Notes: generated from the sequence alone by a model not told the origin. A stretch of 64,000 nt of DNA from Snowella sp. (GCA_035285545.1 JAYKGY010000105.1:19533-83532), one strand, 5' to 3'. Shown: positions 1 to 11,127, counted from the first letter of the stretch. Numbers and translations: made by a program.

Positions 1-28
1 TCTAAGCACAAAGAAATCAGTTATCGTT

Positions 29-301
29 TTATTTCTGACAATCTTTAGCATTTTTAAGGTCTTCTAACTTAACCAATTTACTGTCTGTCCAGTTACTCGG
101 ATATCCGTCAATTGTAAGCGGCAAATTAAGACAGTTTCCTTGAGAATCAAAAACCAAGCCATTATGGTTATAAATAGTTACCCGCCCATCAGCATCAATA
201 TTTTTAACTACATAAATTTTGGGGATTGGACTAGTTTTATAGCTTTTTTCAGGTTGGCCATTTTTGAGAAGTTTCACGCACTTGTCGAATTTTTTAAACA
301 T
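29..301 (-). CDS. hypothetical protein (90 aa), downstream of DUF4258 gene
   Basis: ORF track; co-oriented with 383..715; no recognised motif. Confidence 0.6.
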   Translation of the reverse strand: MFKKFDKCVKLLKNGQPEKSYKTSPIPKIYVVKNIDADGRVTIYNHNGLVFDSQGNCLNLPLTIDGYPSNWTDSKLVKLEDLKNAKDCQK

Positions 302-382
302 CTTTAATCGTGTTGTTGGTTTTAGAATTTTTGCTTAGACTCTGAAAAATAAAAAATGCAATTTTCTACAGACAAATGGTAA

Positions 383-715
383 TTAATGAACTCTTTGCTT
401 AGTTTTGGTATCCCAGTAAGCGGTAATAACTTCAACAGATTGTTCGGTCGATTGACAAATTACTCGTAGTCCACGTAAAGCATCCGTTACTTTGGCATAG
501 GGACTATGGCGAAGATTGCGATCTGTGAGGGTAAAGCTTACTGCACCGAAACTATAGTTTTTGGAGCCGTAGGTTAAGGCTACTTTAATCATGTCTTCGT
601 TAATGGCTCGCTGCTGTTTGCGTTGCTTGGTGTGTTTAGATTCGGTTAAGAGGCCGAGTTTTGAGATATTGTCATCTGCTTGAACGATTCGATATATTTG
701 GGTTTGTTTACTCAT
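383..715 (-). CDS. DUF4258-family protein (predicted RelE/BrnT-like toxin fold)
   Basis: SKHTKQRKQQRAI..MIKVALTYG and C-terminal LRVIC..VEVITAYW match the DUF4258 pattern; AAGGA RBS upstream. Confidence 0.7.
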   Translation of the reverse strand: MSKQTQIYRIVQADDNISKLGLLTESKHTKQRKQQRAINEDMIKVALTYGSKNYSFGAVSFTLTDRNLRHSPYAKVTDALRGLRVICQSTEQSVEVITAYWDTKTKQRVH

Positions 716-955
716 GTTCTTAATCCTTAAAGATGAAGTTTTATTGTTTGTGATAAGTTGTTTTGTCCATTCCTACAGGCATCAATTGTTTTGTTTCGAC
801 ACTTTTACTGTATGGGTATTCTCAAAAAAATAAAATCTTAAAAATATATTAAAAAAATACAAAATATATATTAAAAAAATAAAATTTCTCTAAAGCTTGC
901 ACAAAATTATATTTTTCTGTTATAGATAAAAGTAAGTTTGATTCTTGGAGATAAA

Positions 956-3900
956 ATGAATATTCCAATAGAGACAGATGAGATAAATCAACTTTTTTTA
1001 CAAGAGATTGCTCAAGAAGTTAAGCTTCAAGGTGAATATAAAAAAGTCTTTTTAGAAAGGTTTGCTAAAAATAATCGAGGTGAGACAAATACTGTTCTTG
1101 GAAAAAAAATGTGGCCTGATCATAATTATGATCAAAAATTTACAGTGTCTTTAAAAAATGCAATAGATCAAATAAAAGAAACATACAAAGAAATTGATGA
1201 TCTAATTCCAGAAAAATCAACGGCAAGTAAAGGACGGAGAAAAAAAGGAGAGTCTGAGTGGGAAATTATTTATGATTGGTTATGGAATAAAAAATATCAG
1301 GATTTTTGCCAGAACCAAGTTTCTAGCCAGTTATCAATGCAAGAAGTGGCTATTACTTTAGATTTATCTATATTTAAAAATATGTTAGATGAACAACGAA
1401 GGAAATTAACATCAAATTCGCTAGCATCAAAAAATGGATTTAGAAGTAATCGTAATTTTGATGATGTTTATGTGCCATTAGGTTTGGTTAAACCAAAAGA
1501 TGAACCTAAGCGAGAATTTAAAAATGTTGAAGATGATCCTCGGCTAGGCTCACGATTTTATAATTTTGCAGATTACGAAATCGCTGAAGAATTTTCTAAT
1601 ACAGAGTTTTTTGAAAAAGTTTTGAGTCAAGAAAAAGCTCATCGCTTAGCAATTGTTGGTGAGCCTGGTGCAGGTAAAACAACTCTGTTACAAAAAATTT
1701 CGACTTGGATTGAGAAAGAAAAAAACGATGCTCAGATTATTTGGGTGTCTTTAGCAAAACTTAAAAATAAGAGTTTAAAAGATTATTTATTAGATGAATG
1801 GTTAAAAAATGCGAAAGATGTTTCTGAAACAACAAAAGCTGAAAAAGATGCTTTAATCCAGATTTTTAAAGCGGGTAACGTTTGGCTGTTATTAGATGGT
1901 GTAGATGAAATGGGAATTAATAATCCTTTATTCAATCTACATGAGCAAATAGAAGAATGTTGGCTAAAGCATGCAAAAATCATTTTGTCTTGTCGTCTGA
2001 ATGTATGGGAAATTGGAATAAATCATTTGTACGAGTTTGAGGCTTATCGTAATTTAGATTTCTCTGAACCTGAGCGTGATCAATTCATTAGAAATTGGTT
2101 TGAAGAAAATTCTACATTAGCAGATCAATTAATTACTGAGTTAGATCAAGATAGAAAAGAACGTATTCGAGATTTAGTTAAAAATCCACTGCGTTTAACG
2201 ATGGTTTGTTTTTCTTGGCATAAAAATAAAGGGAAGTTACCTGACACGAAAGCAGGATTATACAAAGAATGTGTTGATGCTTTCTATGACTGGAAGGCCA
2301 AAGAAGCATTTCCGACAACGCCAACAGAAAGAAGAGAATTAAATCAGGCTTTAGGAGAATTGGCAAAAAATGCCTTAGAACAAGATTTGGCTTGGTTTCG
2401 CATTACTCATCAACAGGTCTGTCAATATTTAAGTGATCCTAATGAAGAGGGATTAGGGAAAAAGGCGATTAAATTAGGATGGTTAAATCAAGTTGGCGTT
2501 TCAGAGCAAAATTCTGATGATGAAATTTATGCTTTCTTTCACCCTAGTTTTCAAGAATATTTTGCTGCTTGTGCCATAGAAAATTGGGATTTCTTTTTAC
2601 CTAACGATCACGTTGATCAACCTGTGGACGGAAAAGTCTATCGTATTTTTAAACCTCAGTGGAAGCAGGTATTTTTACTATGGTTAGGACGATCAGATAT
2701 AGATGAATCAGATAAGGAAAGTTTTATTCAAGCTTTAGTCGTTTTTAGCCATGTTTTAAGGCGATTAAATATAGATAAACTGGATAAAGAAACTTTAATT
2801 CAATTTTTAATAATTTTTAATCACTCTTCGGTAGATCAATGTGATCGTTTTTATCATTGCCGAGCTTTCTATATTGCTGCCGAAGGAATTGCTGAATTTA
2901 AAGACTGTTCCCTTGCTGATATCATTATTAATATAATTATTCAATGGGGATTTAACCCTGAGTGTGAAGAAGCAATAGATACTGATACGCCTATAGCAGA
3001 ATCAGCTAGAGGAATATTGTTAGAAACCAATACTCAGAAAGCTATTACTGCATTAATCGAACTTATTAAATCTTCTCAGGATAATACTAATTTAATTGAA
3101 TACTTATTACCTAGTTTAGAAGAAATTGCACTAAAAAATAAGCAAGTAATCTCTGCATTAACTGAACTTCTCCAATGCTGTCAAAATGAGTCTGTTATTT
3201 ATATAATTGTGGAGAGCTTAGGCAGAATTGGACAAGGAAATTTTTTAGTAATCACAGCATTAATTGAACTCATTCAATCCTTTAAAAATTTTGATTTTGA
3301 TACGATTGAAGAAATAGCTTATAACCTGGGTAAAATTGCAAAAGGAAATAATCATGTAATTACAGCATTAATTGAATTCCTTCAAGATTCTCAAGATGAG
3401 TCTGTTATTTATGTAATAGTAGATAGCTTAGGTGAAATTGTACAAAATAGTTTGCAAGCAGAAAGAATAATAAATAGTCTTTATGAATTTTTAAAAGATA
3501 AATTGGTTTTTAGGAATGCACTTGACGTGTTTCTTAAAGGTTACTGCAAAACAATTATTGAAGAGAAATTAACTGTAGCAATTACAGAATTAAATTTTCT
3601 TATTCGATTTTCTGAAAGCTTTAGTTTTGATATTATTGATCAAATATTACATGCTTTTGATGAAATTGAAAATAGTAATCTTTATGCTATTACAACATTA
3701 ATTAATCGCCTTAAATCTTCTATAGGTATCATTAATACAGCCGAAATATCAAGAGCTATTGAGAAAACTGAAGGGGGTATCGATCAAGCAACAATAGAAA
3801 TAAATAGCCTTCGTAAATCTTTAAAAAATGAATTAATTTTCAAGAATGTAGTTGACAGTTTTTTTAACAGTTATTGTAGCAAAATTAGAAAGGAAGCATT

Positions 3901-4816
3901 AAAAGGTATTGAGTTTCCTTCCAATAATTTAACTAATAGTCAAATTGTAAGGCATTCAAAAGAAGATAATGAGAAAAAAATTATGTCATTAATAGAGCTT
4001 ATTCAATGTTCTCAGGATAAGGCGACTATTTTTAGAGCAGTTACGGATTTAGGAAAAATTGAACAGGGTAATGAGCAGGCGATCACTGCATTAGTTTCAC
4101 TAATTCAATCTTCTTTTTGCGGAGGTACGTCTTTTCGCAATACAGAGGCAAGTTTAAAAGCAATTTTAGTAAAAGAGCAAATGCCACGAGTTATTACCAA
4201 ATTGAAAGATTATTTGTCAGAGAAAGATTATACCAATTATAGTGATTATTGTCGATATAAAACGTGTTATTCAGTTCTTTGGAAATGCGCTCAAACGCTT
4301 TCCTATCCAGAATTCTATAAAGCATGGCATAGTCAACCCGAAATTATTCACCCTGAAATCTTAGAAATTTCTCCTTTAGGCACTACAAATATCACCCAAA
4401 CCTTAAACCAACAAATTCTTGATCTCCCTTCCCAACTTAAACCCACCGAAACAACCTATCCTCTTTTGATTAATGCCCAATCTCTAGAAGACGAAACCGA
4501 CAACAGCAGCATTGCTCAAGAACTCTGCAATCAAATCTATCAAACCGCTTTTCCTGATGAAATCAATATTCCCGAAATTAACAACGCCCCGCAACTCAAA
4601 CGCTTAATTCCGAATATCAAAAAACAGTTAGGAACTAAAAACTTAGCCCTCATTTTCCATAATGGGGAGCCTAATGAAAGCCTAATCAAATTCTGTAAAA
4701 AATTAGCTGATGTCGTTCACATTAAATGGATTACAAACCAACCTATTGAAAACGGAATTCCTCCCCAAGAAAATTTAGTTAATATCCTGCAAAACTGGAT
4801 TAATGAATTGGGTTAA
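956..4816 (+). CDS. NACHT NTPase: N-terminal HTH-like domain, HEAT-like repeats, C-terminal NCC-H/NCAB1-type module
   Basis: Walker A GEPGAGKT, Walker B LLLDGVDE, NPLRL, FFHPSFQEYFAA; repeated ITALIELIQ..QDESV..IVESLG; WKCAQTLSYPEFYKAW tail; ATG 956 after GGAG. Confidence 0.9.
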   Translation: MNIPIETDEINQLFLQEIAQEVKLQGEYKKVFLERFAKNNRGETNTVLGKKMWPDHNYDQKFTVSLKNAIDQIKETYKEIDDLIPEKSTASKGRRKKGESEWEIIYDWLWNKKYQDFCQNQVSSQLSMQEVAITLDLSIFKNMLDEQRRKLTSNSLASKNGFRSNRNFDDVYVPLGLVKPKDEPKREFKNVEDDPRLGSRFYNFADYEIAEEFSNTEFFEKVLSQEKAHRLAIVGEPGAGKTTLLQKISTWIEKEKNDAQIIWVSLAKLKNKSLKDYLLDEWLKNAKDVSETTKAEKDALIQIFKAGNVWLLLDGVDEMGINNPLFNLHEQIEECWLKHAKIILSCRLNVWEIGINHLYEFEAYRNLDFSEPERDQFIRNWFEENSTLADQLITELDQDRKERIRDLVKNPLRLTMVCFSWHKNKGKLPDTKAGLYKECVDAFYDWKAKEAFPTTPTERRELNQALGELAKNALEQDLAWFRITHQQVCQYLSDPNEEGLGKKAIKLGWLNQVGVSEQNSDDEIYAFFHPSFQEYFAACAIENWDFFLPNDHVDQPVDGKVYRIFKPQWKQVFLLWLGRSDIDESDKESFIQALVVFSHVLRRLNIDKLDKETLIQFLIIFNHSSVDQCDRFYHCRAFYIAAEGIAEFKDCSLADIIINIIIQWGFNPECEEAIDTDTPIAESARGILLETNTQKAITALIELIKSSQDNTNLIEYLLPSLEEIALKNKQVISALTELLQCCQNESVIYIIVESLGRIGQGNFLVITALIELIQSFKNFDFDTIEEIAYNLGKIAKGNNHVITALIEFLQDSQDESVIYVIVDSLGEIVQNSLQAERIINSLYEFLKDKLVFRNALDVFLKGYCKTIIEEKLTVAITELNFLIRFSESFSFDIIDQILHAFDEIENSNLYAITTLINRLKSSIGIINTAEISRAIEKTEGGIDQATIEINSLRKSLKNELIFKNVVDSFFNSYCSKIRKEALKGIEFPSNNLTNSQIVRHSKEDNEKKIMSLIELIQCSQDKATIFRAVTDLGKIEQGNEQAITALVSLIQSSFCGGTSFRNTEASLKAILVKEQMPRVITKLKDYLSEKDYTNYSDYCRYKTCYSVLWKCAQTLSYPEFYKAWHSQPEIIHPEILEISPLGTTNITQTLNQQILDLPSQLKPTETTYPLLINAQSLEDETDNSSIAQELCNQIYQTAFPDEINIPEINNAPQLKRLIPNIKKQLGTKNLALIFHNGEPNESLIKFCKKLADVVHIKWITNQPIENGIPPQENLVNILQNWINELG

Positions 4817-5113
4817 AACTACTCACCTTAAACGCGATCGCCAAACTCAATATCAGAACCGCGATCGCCTCCTGAGATAAATCAATCCTAAATTAACAAA
4901 TTAACCAACCTAAAACCGAATTTAAACCATAATCTCATTAACTCTAGCTTGGACGAGCTAACAGCAGCTTGGTTAACGAAAAAAAATTTATCCGTTGAAA
5001 AGCCCATTTTATTAGCTACTGCCTTTGGGTTTCTCTCCCCTTGACTCCAACATCTTGGCCCAGAATCCGTTCGACAATAGCCAACAACTGATGCCCTTTC
5101 GGTTTATCCCCTG

Positions 5114-5141
5114 CTTACAAAACTTTACAATCCCTTACAAT
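5114..5141 (+). promoter_or_regulatory. HLR1-like (RpaB) triple direct repeat overlapping -10 TACAAT
   Basis: TTACAA at 5115, 5125, 5135 (10-bp period). Confidence 0.6.
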
Positions 5142-5183
5142 AGGAAATTATTTTCTCAGATAATTTTTGATAATTTAAACCCT

Positions 5184-5948
5184 ATGCAATTAACGTGGTT
5201 TGACAGTAATTCTTGGCTAATCGAAATCGCGGGTCAGTCCATCCTGCTCGATCCTTGGTTAGAAGGCTCCTTAATCTTTGGTAACTTACCCTGGTTATTT
5301 AAAGGCGATAAAAAACAATCCTACGATTTACCAGAGCAAATTTCCCTGATCTTGCTCTCCCAAGGCTTAGAAGATCACGCCCATCCTCCCACCTTAAAAG
5401 CCTTAGATCACGCGATTCCCGTTGTCGGTTCTACCAATGCCGCTAAAGTGGTTGAAGGGTTGGGTTATACTCACGTAACGGCTTTAAAACCCGAAGAAAC
5501 GTTTGTCTTAAACGAAAAAGTCGAAATTCGCGCCTTTCCTGGTTCACTGATTGGGCCATCTACTGTAGAAAATGCTTATTTAATCACGGATTTAACGACA
5601 GGTTGCCGTCTTTATTACGAACCGCATGGTTTCCACTCCCCCACCTTAAAATCCTTTGCCCCGGTGGATATTGTCCTTGCTCCTATTGTGGGGTTGAGCC
5701 TATTGGGGTTAGCTCCTGTCTTAAAGGGACAACAAACCAGCTTAGAACTGTGTCAATGGTTGCAACCCAAAGTGATTTTGCCCACCTCGGCGGCGGCGGA
5801 TATTAGCTACGAAGGGCTAATTGCTAAAATTGTCAGAGAAGAGGGTAGTATTGACAGTTTCCGTCAACTTTTAGCTGATCATCACCTCCATACCCGACTA
5901 ATTGCTCCCCAACCTGGAGAACAAGTGAGTCCCCTTGTCTATGCTTAG
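5184..5948 (+). CDS. MBL-fold metallo-hydrolase
   Basis: MQLTWFDSNSWLIE..ILLDPWL, SQGLEDHAH, YYEPHG; ATG 5184 preferred. Confidence 0.85.
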   Translation: MQLTWFDSNSWLIEIAGQSILLDPWLEGSLIFGNLPWLFKGDKKQSYDLPEQISLILLSQGLEDHAHPPTLKALDHAIPVVGSTNAAKVVEGLGYTHVTALKPEETFVLNEKVEIRAFPGSLIGPSTVENAYLITDLTTGCRLYYEPHGFHSPTLKSFAPVDIVLAPIVGLSLLGLAPVLKGQQTSLELCQWLQPKVILPTSAAADISYEGLIAKIVREEGSIDSFRQLLADHHLHTRLIAPQPGEQVSPLVYA

Positions 5949-6148
5949 TTCAGTTAATCATTGTGATGAAAACCCGAAAATGTTCCTTTACAAAAATAAA
6001 GTTTTGTTAACAATTGTTAAGATCGCTTGAAATGGGTGTTAAAGACGATCAATCGTAGAAACGTATTATTGTTATTTTGGACAGATGCCTTGCTCAAATG
6101 ACAATGGTAAGAAATACTGGTTTTATTTAACATTTAGGATTGAATCCC

Positions 6149-7111
6149 ATGTCTCAAAAACACCCCATTATTGCGGTGACTGGTTCTTCGGGAGCTGGCA
6201 CTAGTACCGTTAAACGCTCTTTTGAACATATTTTCATTCGTGAAGGGATTAAATCCGTTGTCATTGAAGGGGATAGCTATCATAAATATAATCGTGTTGA
6301 AATGCGCGAGATTATGAGCAAGGCAACCGCAGAAGGCAGAAATATTAGCCACTTTGGGCCAGAAGCGAATGTATTAGATAAACTGGAAGCGTTATTTCAT
6401 GAGTACGGGCAAACGGGACAAGGCCAAAAACGTTTTTATCTCCATAGCCCAGAAGAAGCGGATCATCACAATGCTCGACTGAATACTACCTGTAAAGCGG
6501 GTGAATTTACCCCTTGGGAACCCCTAGAAAGCCAGAGCGATATGTTGTTCTATGAAGGGCTACACGGTGGATTTGTCCATGGCGATGTAAATGTTGCCCA
6601 ATACGTTGACCTGTTGGTTGGGGTCGTTCCCATTGTCAATTTGGAATGGATTCAAAAAATTTATCGCGATAACGCAGAGCGGGGCTATAGTGCAGAAGCG
6701 ATCGTTGATACGATTCTTCGTCGGATGCCCGATTATATTAATCACATCGCGCCTCAATTTTCTCGCACCCATATTAATTTCCAGCGTGTTCCGACCGTTG
6801 ATACCTCTAATCCGTTTATTTGCCGCGATATTCCGACTTTGGATGAAAGCTTTGTCATTATCCACACCAATCGTTGTTTCCGCGAAAAATATTCGATTGA
6901 TTTCCCCTATCTACTCGATATGATCCAAGGTTCCTTTATGTCTCGCCATACAACCTTAGTGGTGCCTGGTGGAAAAATGGGCTTTGCAATGGAAATCATT
7001 CTTTCTCCTTTAATTGATCAGTTGATTAGCAATTCTAAAAAGTTAAAACAACAATCTAATGGTTCTGGTGTTGCTAGTTTCGCTGGCCATGCGCCCGTCG
7101 CGGCTAGTTAA
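6149..7111 (+). CDS. prkB: phosphoribulokinase, proteobacterial/alpha-cyanobacterial type (PrkB/CbbP)
   Basis: HPIIAVTGSSGAGT, EGDSYH, FYEGLHG, VPIVNLEWIQK, NFQRVPTVDTSNPF, VVPGGKM. Confidence 0.9.
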   Translation: MSQKHPIIAVTGSSGAGTSTVKRSFEHIFIREGIKSVVIEGDSYHKYNRVEMREIMSKATAEGRNISHFGPEANVLDKLEALFHEYGQTGQGQKRFYLHSPEEADHHNARLNTTCKAGEFTPWEPLESQSDMLFYEGLHGGFVHGDVNVAQYVDLLVGVVPIVNLEWIQKIYRDNAERGYSAEAIVDTILRRMPDYINHIAPQFSRTHINFQRVPTVDTSNPFICRDIPTLDESFVIIHTNRCFREKYSIDFPYLLDMIQGSFMSRHTTLVVPGGKMGFAMEIILSPLIDQLISNSKKLKQQSNGSGVASFAGHAPVAAS

Positions 7112-7155
7112 TTGGGGCAATAACTCAACTTAATTTAGGAAAAAATAGGTTCTAT

Positions 7156-7186
7156 CGCTAAGGACATAATAGTATTATGTCCCTAC
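7156..7186. repeat. REP-like palindrome (intact copy; interrupted copy at 13940..14063)
   Basis: CGCTAAGGACATAAT-AGT-ATTATGTCCCTAC. Confidence 0.8.
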
Positions 7187-7317
7187 TTAAATTTTTATTG
7201 ATCGCTGTTAGTTACTCGGCTTTGATAAGTTTAGATGGCTAAACGGCGATCGCGTTTTTTGTGCCAAAATTTACGGATTGCTTTTTTTAGAATCCGAATA
7301 GGTCAGTCCAAGCCTGA

Positions 7318-8364
<1,047 letters not shown>

Positions 8365-8394
8365 ATTTTATTGTAGGTTTTGGGGAAACATGAG

Positions 8395-8658
8395 TTATTG
8401 ATTTGTGTTTCCCTTTTCCATTTTTTCCATTCCCCGATCATAAATCCGCCCTGGATCGCTGTGGTCTTTGACTCTTTCTTTAAGGCGATCAACTTTTTTT
8501 TGTTGGGGCATTAACCCCAGAAGTTTAGCATTAAGCGCATTACGAGTATCTCGGCTATAAGCACTTAGGGGCTTCGGTAAAAAGCGATCGCCGATCCCGA
8601 CAAAAATTATTCCACCAATAATGCTGATTGTGAGAAGTTTTTTCAGTAATCGCATCAT
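8395..8658 (-). CDS. small cyanobacterial hypothetical protein with N-terminal TM helix
   Basis: IIGGIIFVGIGDRFLPKPL motif. Confidence 0.7.
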   Translation of the reverse strand: MMRLLKKLLTISIIGGIIFVGIGDRFLPKPLSAYSRDTRNALNAKLLGLMPQQKKVDRLKERVKDHSDPGRIYDRGMEKMEKGNTNQ

Positions 8659-8851
8659 TTTAGATTAGGTCGTACTAACTCAGCAAAGAATCTAGCTTTA
8701 CTTTAACAGCAAAAAAGTTCTTTTAACTCCGTAAAATTTCTCAAGGCCATGAGATTAATGGCAACCACACGGATCTGCCCAGTCAGCGATCGCCGACCTA
8801 TCTCCAACATTTGATTAATCGCGATCGCTAAATGAGTCACCTAAATTGATT

Positions 8852-9757
8852 TTATTTAAGGGCTTGTATGCCCGTCCAACTGCGATTCATCAATTGGCCA
8901 TAGGTAACAGCATCCTCATCGCCTGCCCAGCTTGCCTTGCCATTGCTCCCAACACTCACGATTTTTTCCGTATCTTCGCCTAAAATTGCCGAACGGAATA
9001 GCACTTGATCGGGTTTGGTTGGACTCCATCCTAATAAGGTTGCGGTCGTTTCCTGATCCTCGTTGAGGTCTAATCCCAAGGTTTGACTTTGACGAGTTTG
9101 TTGATTCCAAATCACCGCATAATCCATCACATCTGAGGTACTAAATACGCCTTCAAACTGACGGGCTAATAGGCGATCGCCCCCCGATGACCAGGAAATC
9201 GGCATCAAAATGGAGATAACCCCCGTCATTTCTTGGCTATCTACCCCCGTCTCTTCTAAGTAATTGGCAATCGGTGATCCGGCCCGAATAACCTGCAATT
9301 CGCCAGTTTCCAGATTCTCCAAAAACAGAACACTCAATACTTTTGAGGCGTATAACTCCGGTTCTGCCCGCATCTCAATGCGACTATAGGCTGCATACTG
9401 ACCATTAGGAGAAACCAGTGCAGGGCTGCGATAATACCGTAACCCAGAACTCCCCCGTTGACTGTATTCTTCTTGGGTTTTCATAATCCAATTCCAGGGA
9501 ACCGGATGGGGACTATTGAGCGGATCTTCGTTATTCATTCCAGAGTCGGACAAACTCGGAACAACCTTCAACGTCGCTGGGGTATTCGTCAATGCTAACT
9601 GATGGATAGGCGCAATAGGCATAGGCGCAAGCTCAGGAACAAGCGAAAGGGGACTAGCCGAGACCGTAAGATTAGAGGTTAAAACTAACTGAGACAAGAA
9701 GATAAGCAACGACGAGGTGGGCAAAGAACCTCTCCAACACCACAAGGAGGTCAACAT
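8852..9757 (-). CDS. conserved cyanobacterial hypothetical protein (beta-propeller-like, likely exported)
   Basis: DPLNSPHPVPWNW, YYRSPALVSPNGQYAAYSR, PISWS..GDRLLARQFEG. Confidence 0.8.
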   Translation of the reverse strand: MLTSLWCWRGSLPTSSLLIFLSQLVLTSNLTVSASPLSLVPELAPMPIAPIHQLALTNTPATLKVVPSLSDSGMNNEDPLNSPHPVPWNWIMKTQEEYSQRGSSGLRYYRSPALVSPNGQYAAYSRIEMRAEPELYASKVLSVLFLENLETGELQVIRAGSPIANYLEETGVDSQEMTGVISILMPISWSSGGDRLLARQFEGVFSTSDVMDYAVIWNQQTRQSQTLGLDLNEDQETTATLLGWSPTKPDQVLFRSAILGEDTEKIVSVGSNGKASWAGDEDAVTYGQLMNRSWTGIQALK

Positions 9758-10063
9758 GGGAGCAATCTCAACTAAAAAAGAAGGCTAATGGCTAAAAGGC
9801 AGCTAGCTGACGCAAAGATTTTCTGACTTTACGATTTACTATAGTCCCTTAGTCTGGTCTGTTTTCAGGATGTTCCAAAGACTTTATGAGACTTCATAAT
9901 TTCCTGATTTTTACCCTTCAAATATTAAGGAAGATTACGAAACCAAGAGAGTTTTTTTAGTTCAGTGCGTTGCTAATGAAATTTTAAGCGTCAATAACTC
10001 CTAAAATCGGCGATCGCTATTCCACCAGAGTTGAATCAACCCAAAATAGACCCTAGCAACCCC

Positions 10064-11020
10064 TTAAGGCTGACTCCTCACGCGATTCCGTCCTGATTTT
10101 TTCGCATCGTAGAGAGCTTGATCAGCGCGGTTCAAAATATCCTGTAAAGATTCATCGGTTGGTTGAAAAATTGCAACGCCAATACTGATAGATAAAATAC
10201 AGGAAAAATTGTCTAGATGAGACGCAAGATTATTGATTGTAAAACGGAGTCTTTCTGCTATTTCAATCGCTTCAGGGAGGCTGGTTTCCGGGAGAATCGC
10301 AACAAATTCCTCTCCACCAAAGCGACCAAAAAAATCAACTTTTCGGAGCGTGTTATTCAGCTTTTCAGCAATTAATTTTAAATACTTATCTCCTGTTGCA
10401 TGACCATAGGTATCGTTAATTTTTTTAAAATAATCCAAATCAATCATTAATACCGAAAAGTGGGACTGATAGCGTTTCCCCCGCTCAAACTCTGCCTTTC
10501 CAAAGGACACAATCGCTCGACGATTAGCTACTCCTGTCAAGGAATCGGTAACAACTAACTCTTCTAAGGCGATATAGGCTTTCTTTAATTCATCTTGCGT
10601 TCTTTTTAACTCTAAATGGGTTTTGACCCGTGCCAACATTTCTGCTGAATGAAAAGGCTTGGTAATAAAATCTCGCGCCCCTTTTTCAAAAGCTTGGACA
10701 AGATGCTCCCGTTCATTACTCGCTGTTAAGAAAATGATGGGAATATGGCTATATTTGGGATTTGCTTGTAGAATTTCACAGACTTCAATACCGCTCATTT
10801 CAGGCATCATTAAGTCTAAGAGAATTAAATCTGGTTCTAGGGTTGCTAATCGTTCTAAAGCCTGTTTTCCACTCGTCGCAAACGTCGTGACATAGCCAAC
10901 CTGTTCTAAAATTCCCATCACAAGTTGCAAATTTGTCGGCGTATCATCAACGACTAAAATTAAAAATGACTCTGGTTCCCAATTCTGAAGTTCCATTTTG
11001 GGCAATGATTGATTTTTCAT
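10064..11020 (-). CDS. REC-GGDEF diguanylate cyclase (PleD/WspR-like)
   Basis: ILVVDD, LILLDLMMP, DFITKPF; DLDYFKKINDTYGH, RKVD I-site, GGEEF; start uncertain. Confidence 0.92.
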   Translation of the reverse strand: MKNQSLPKMELQNWEPESFLILVVDDTPTNLQLVMGILEQVGYVTTFATSGKQALERLATLEPDLILLDLMMPEMSGIEVCEILQANPKYSHIPIIFLTASNEREHLVQAFEKGARDFITKPFHSAEMLARVKTHLELKRTQDELKKAYIALEELVVTDSLTGVANRRAIVSFGKAEFERGKRYQSHFSVLMIDLDYFKKINDTYGHATGDKYLKLIAEKLNNTLRKVDFFGRFGGEEFVAILPETSLPEAIEIAERLRFTINNLASHLDNFSCILSISIGVAIFQPTDESLQDILNRADQALYDAKKSGRNRVRSQP

Positions 11021-11127
11021 TGCAAAGAAAACAATAGTTAATCGCGACAGAGGCTTACAGAGACTGAATAACGGACTTCTAATGGATACTTTCAAAAGTC
11101 ATTCGTTTTTAATCAATCCCTGTTCCC

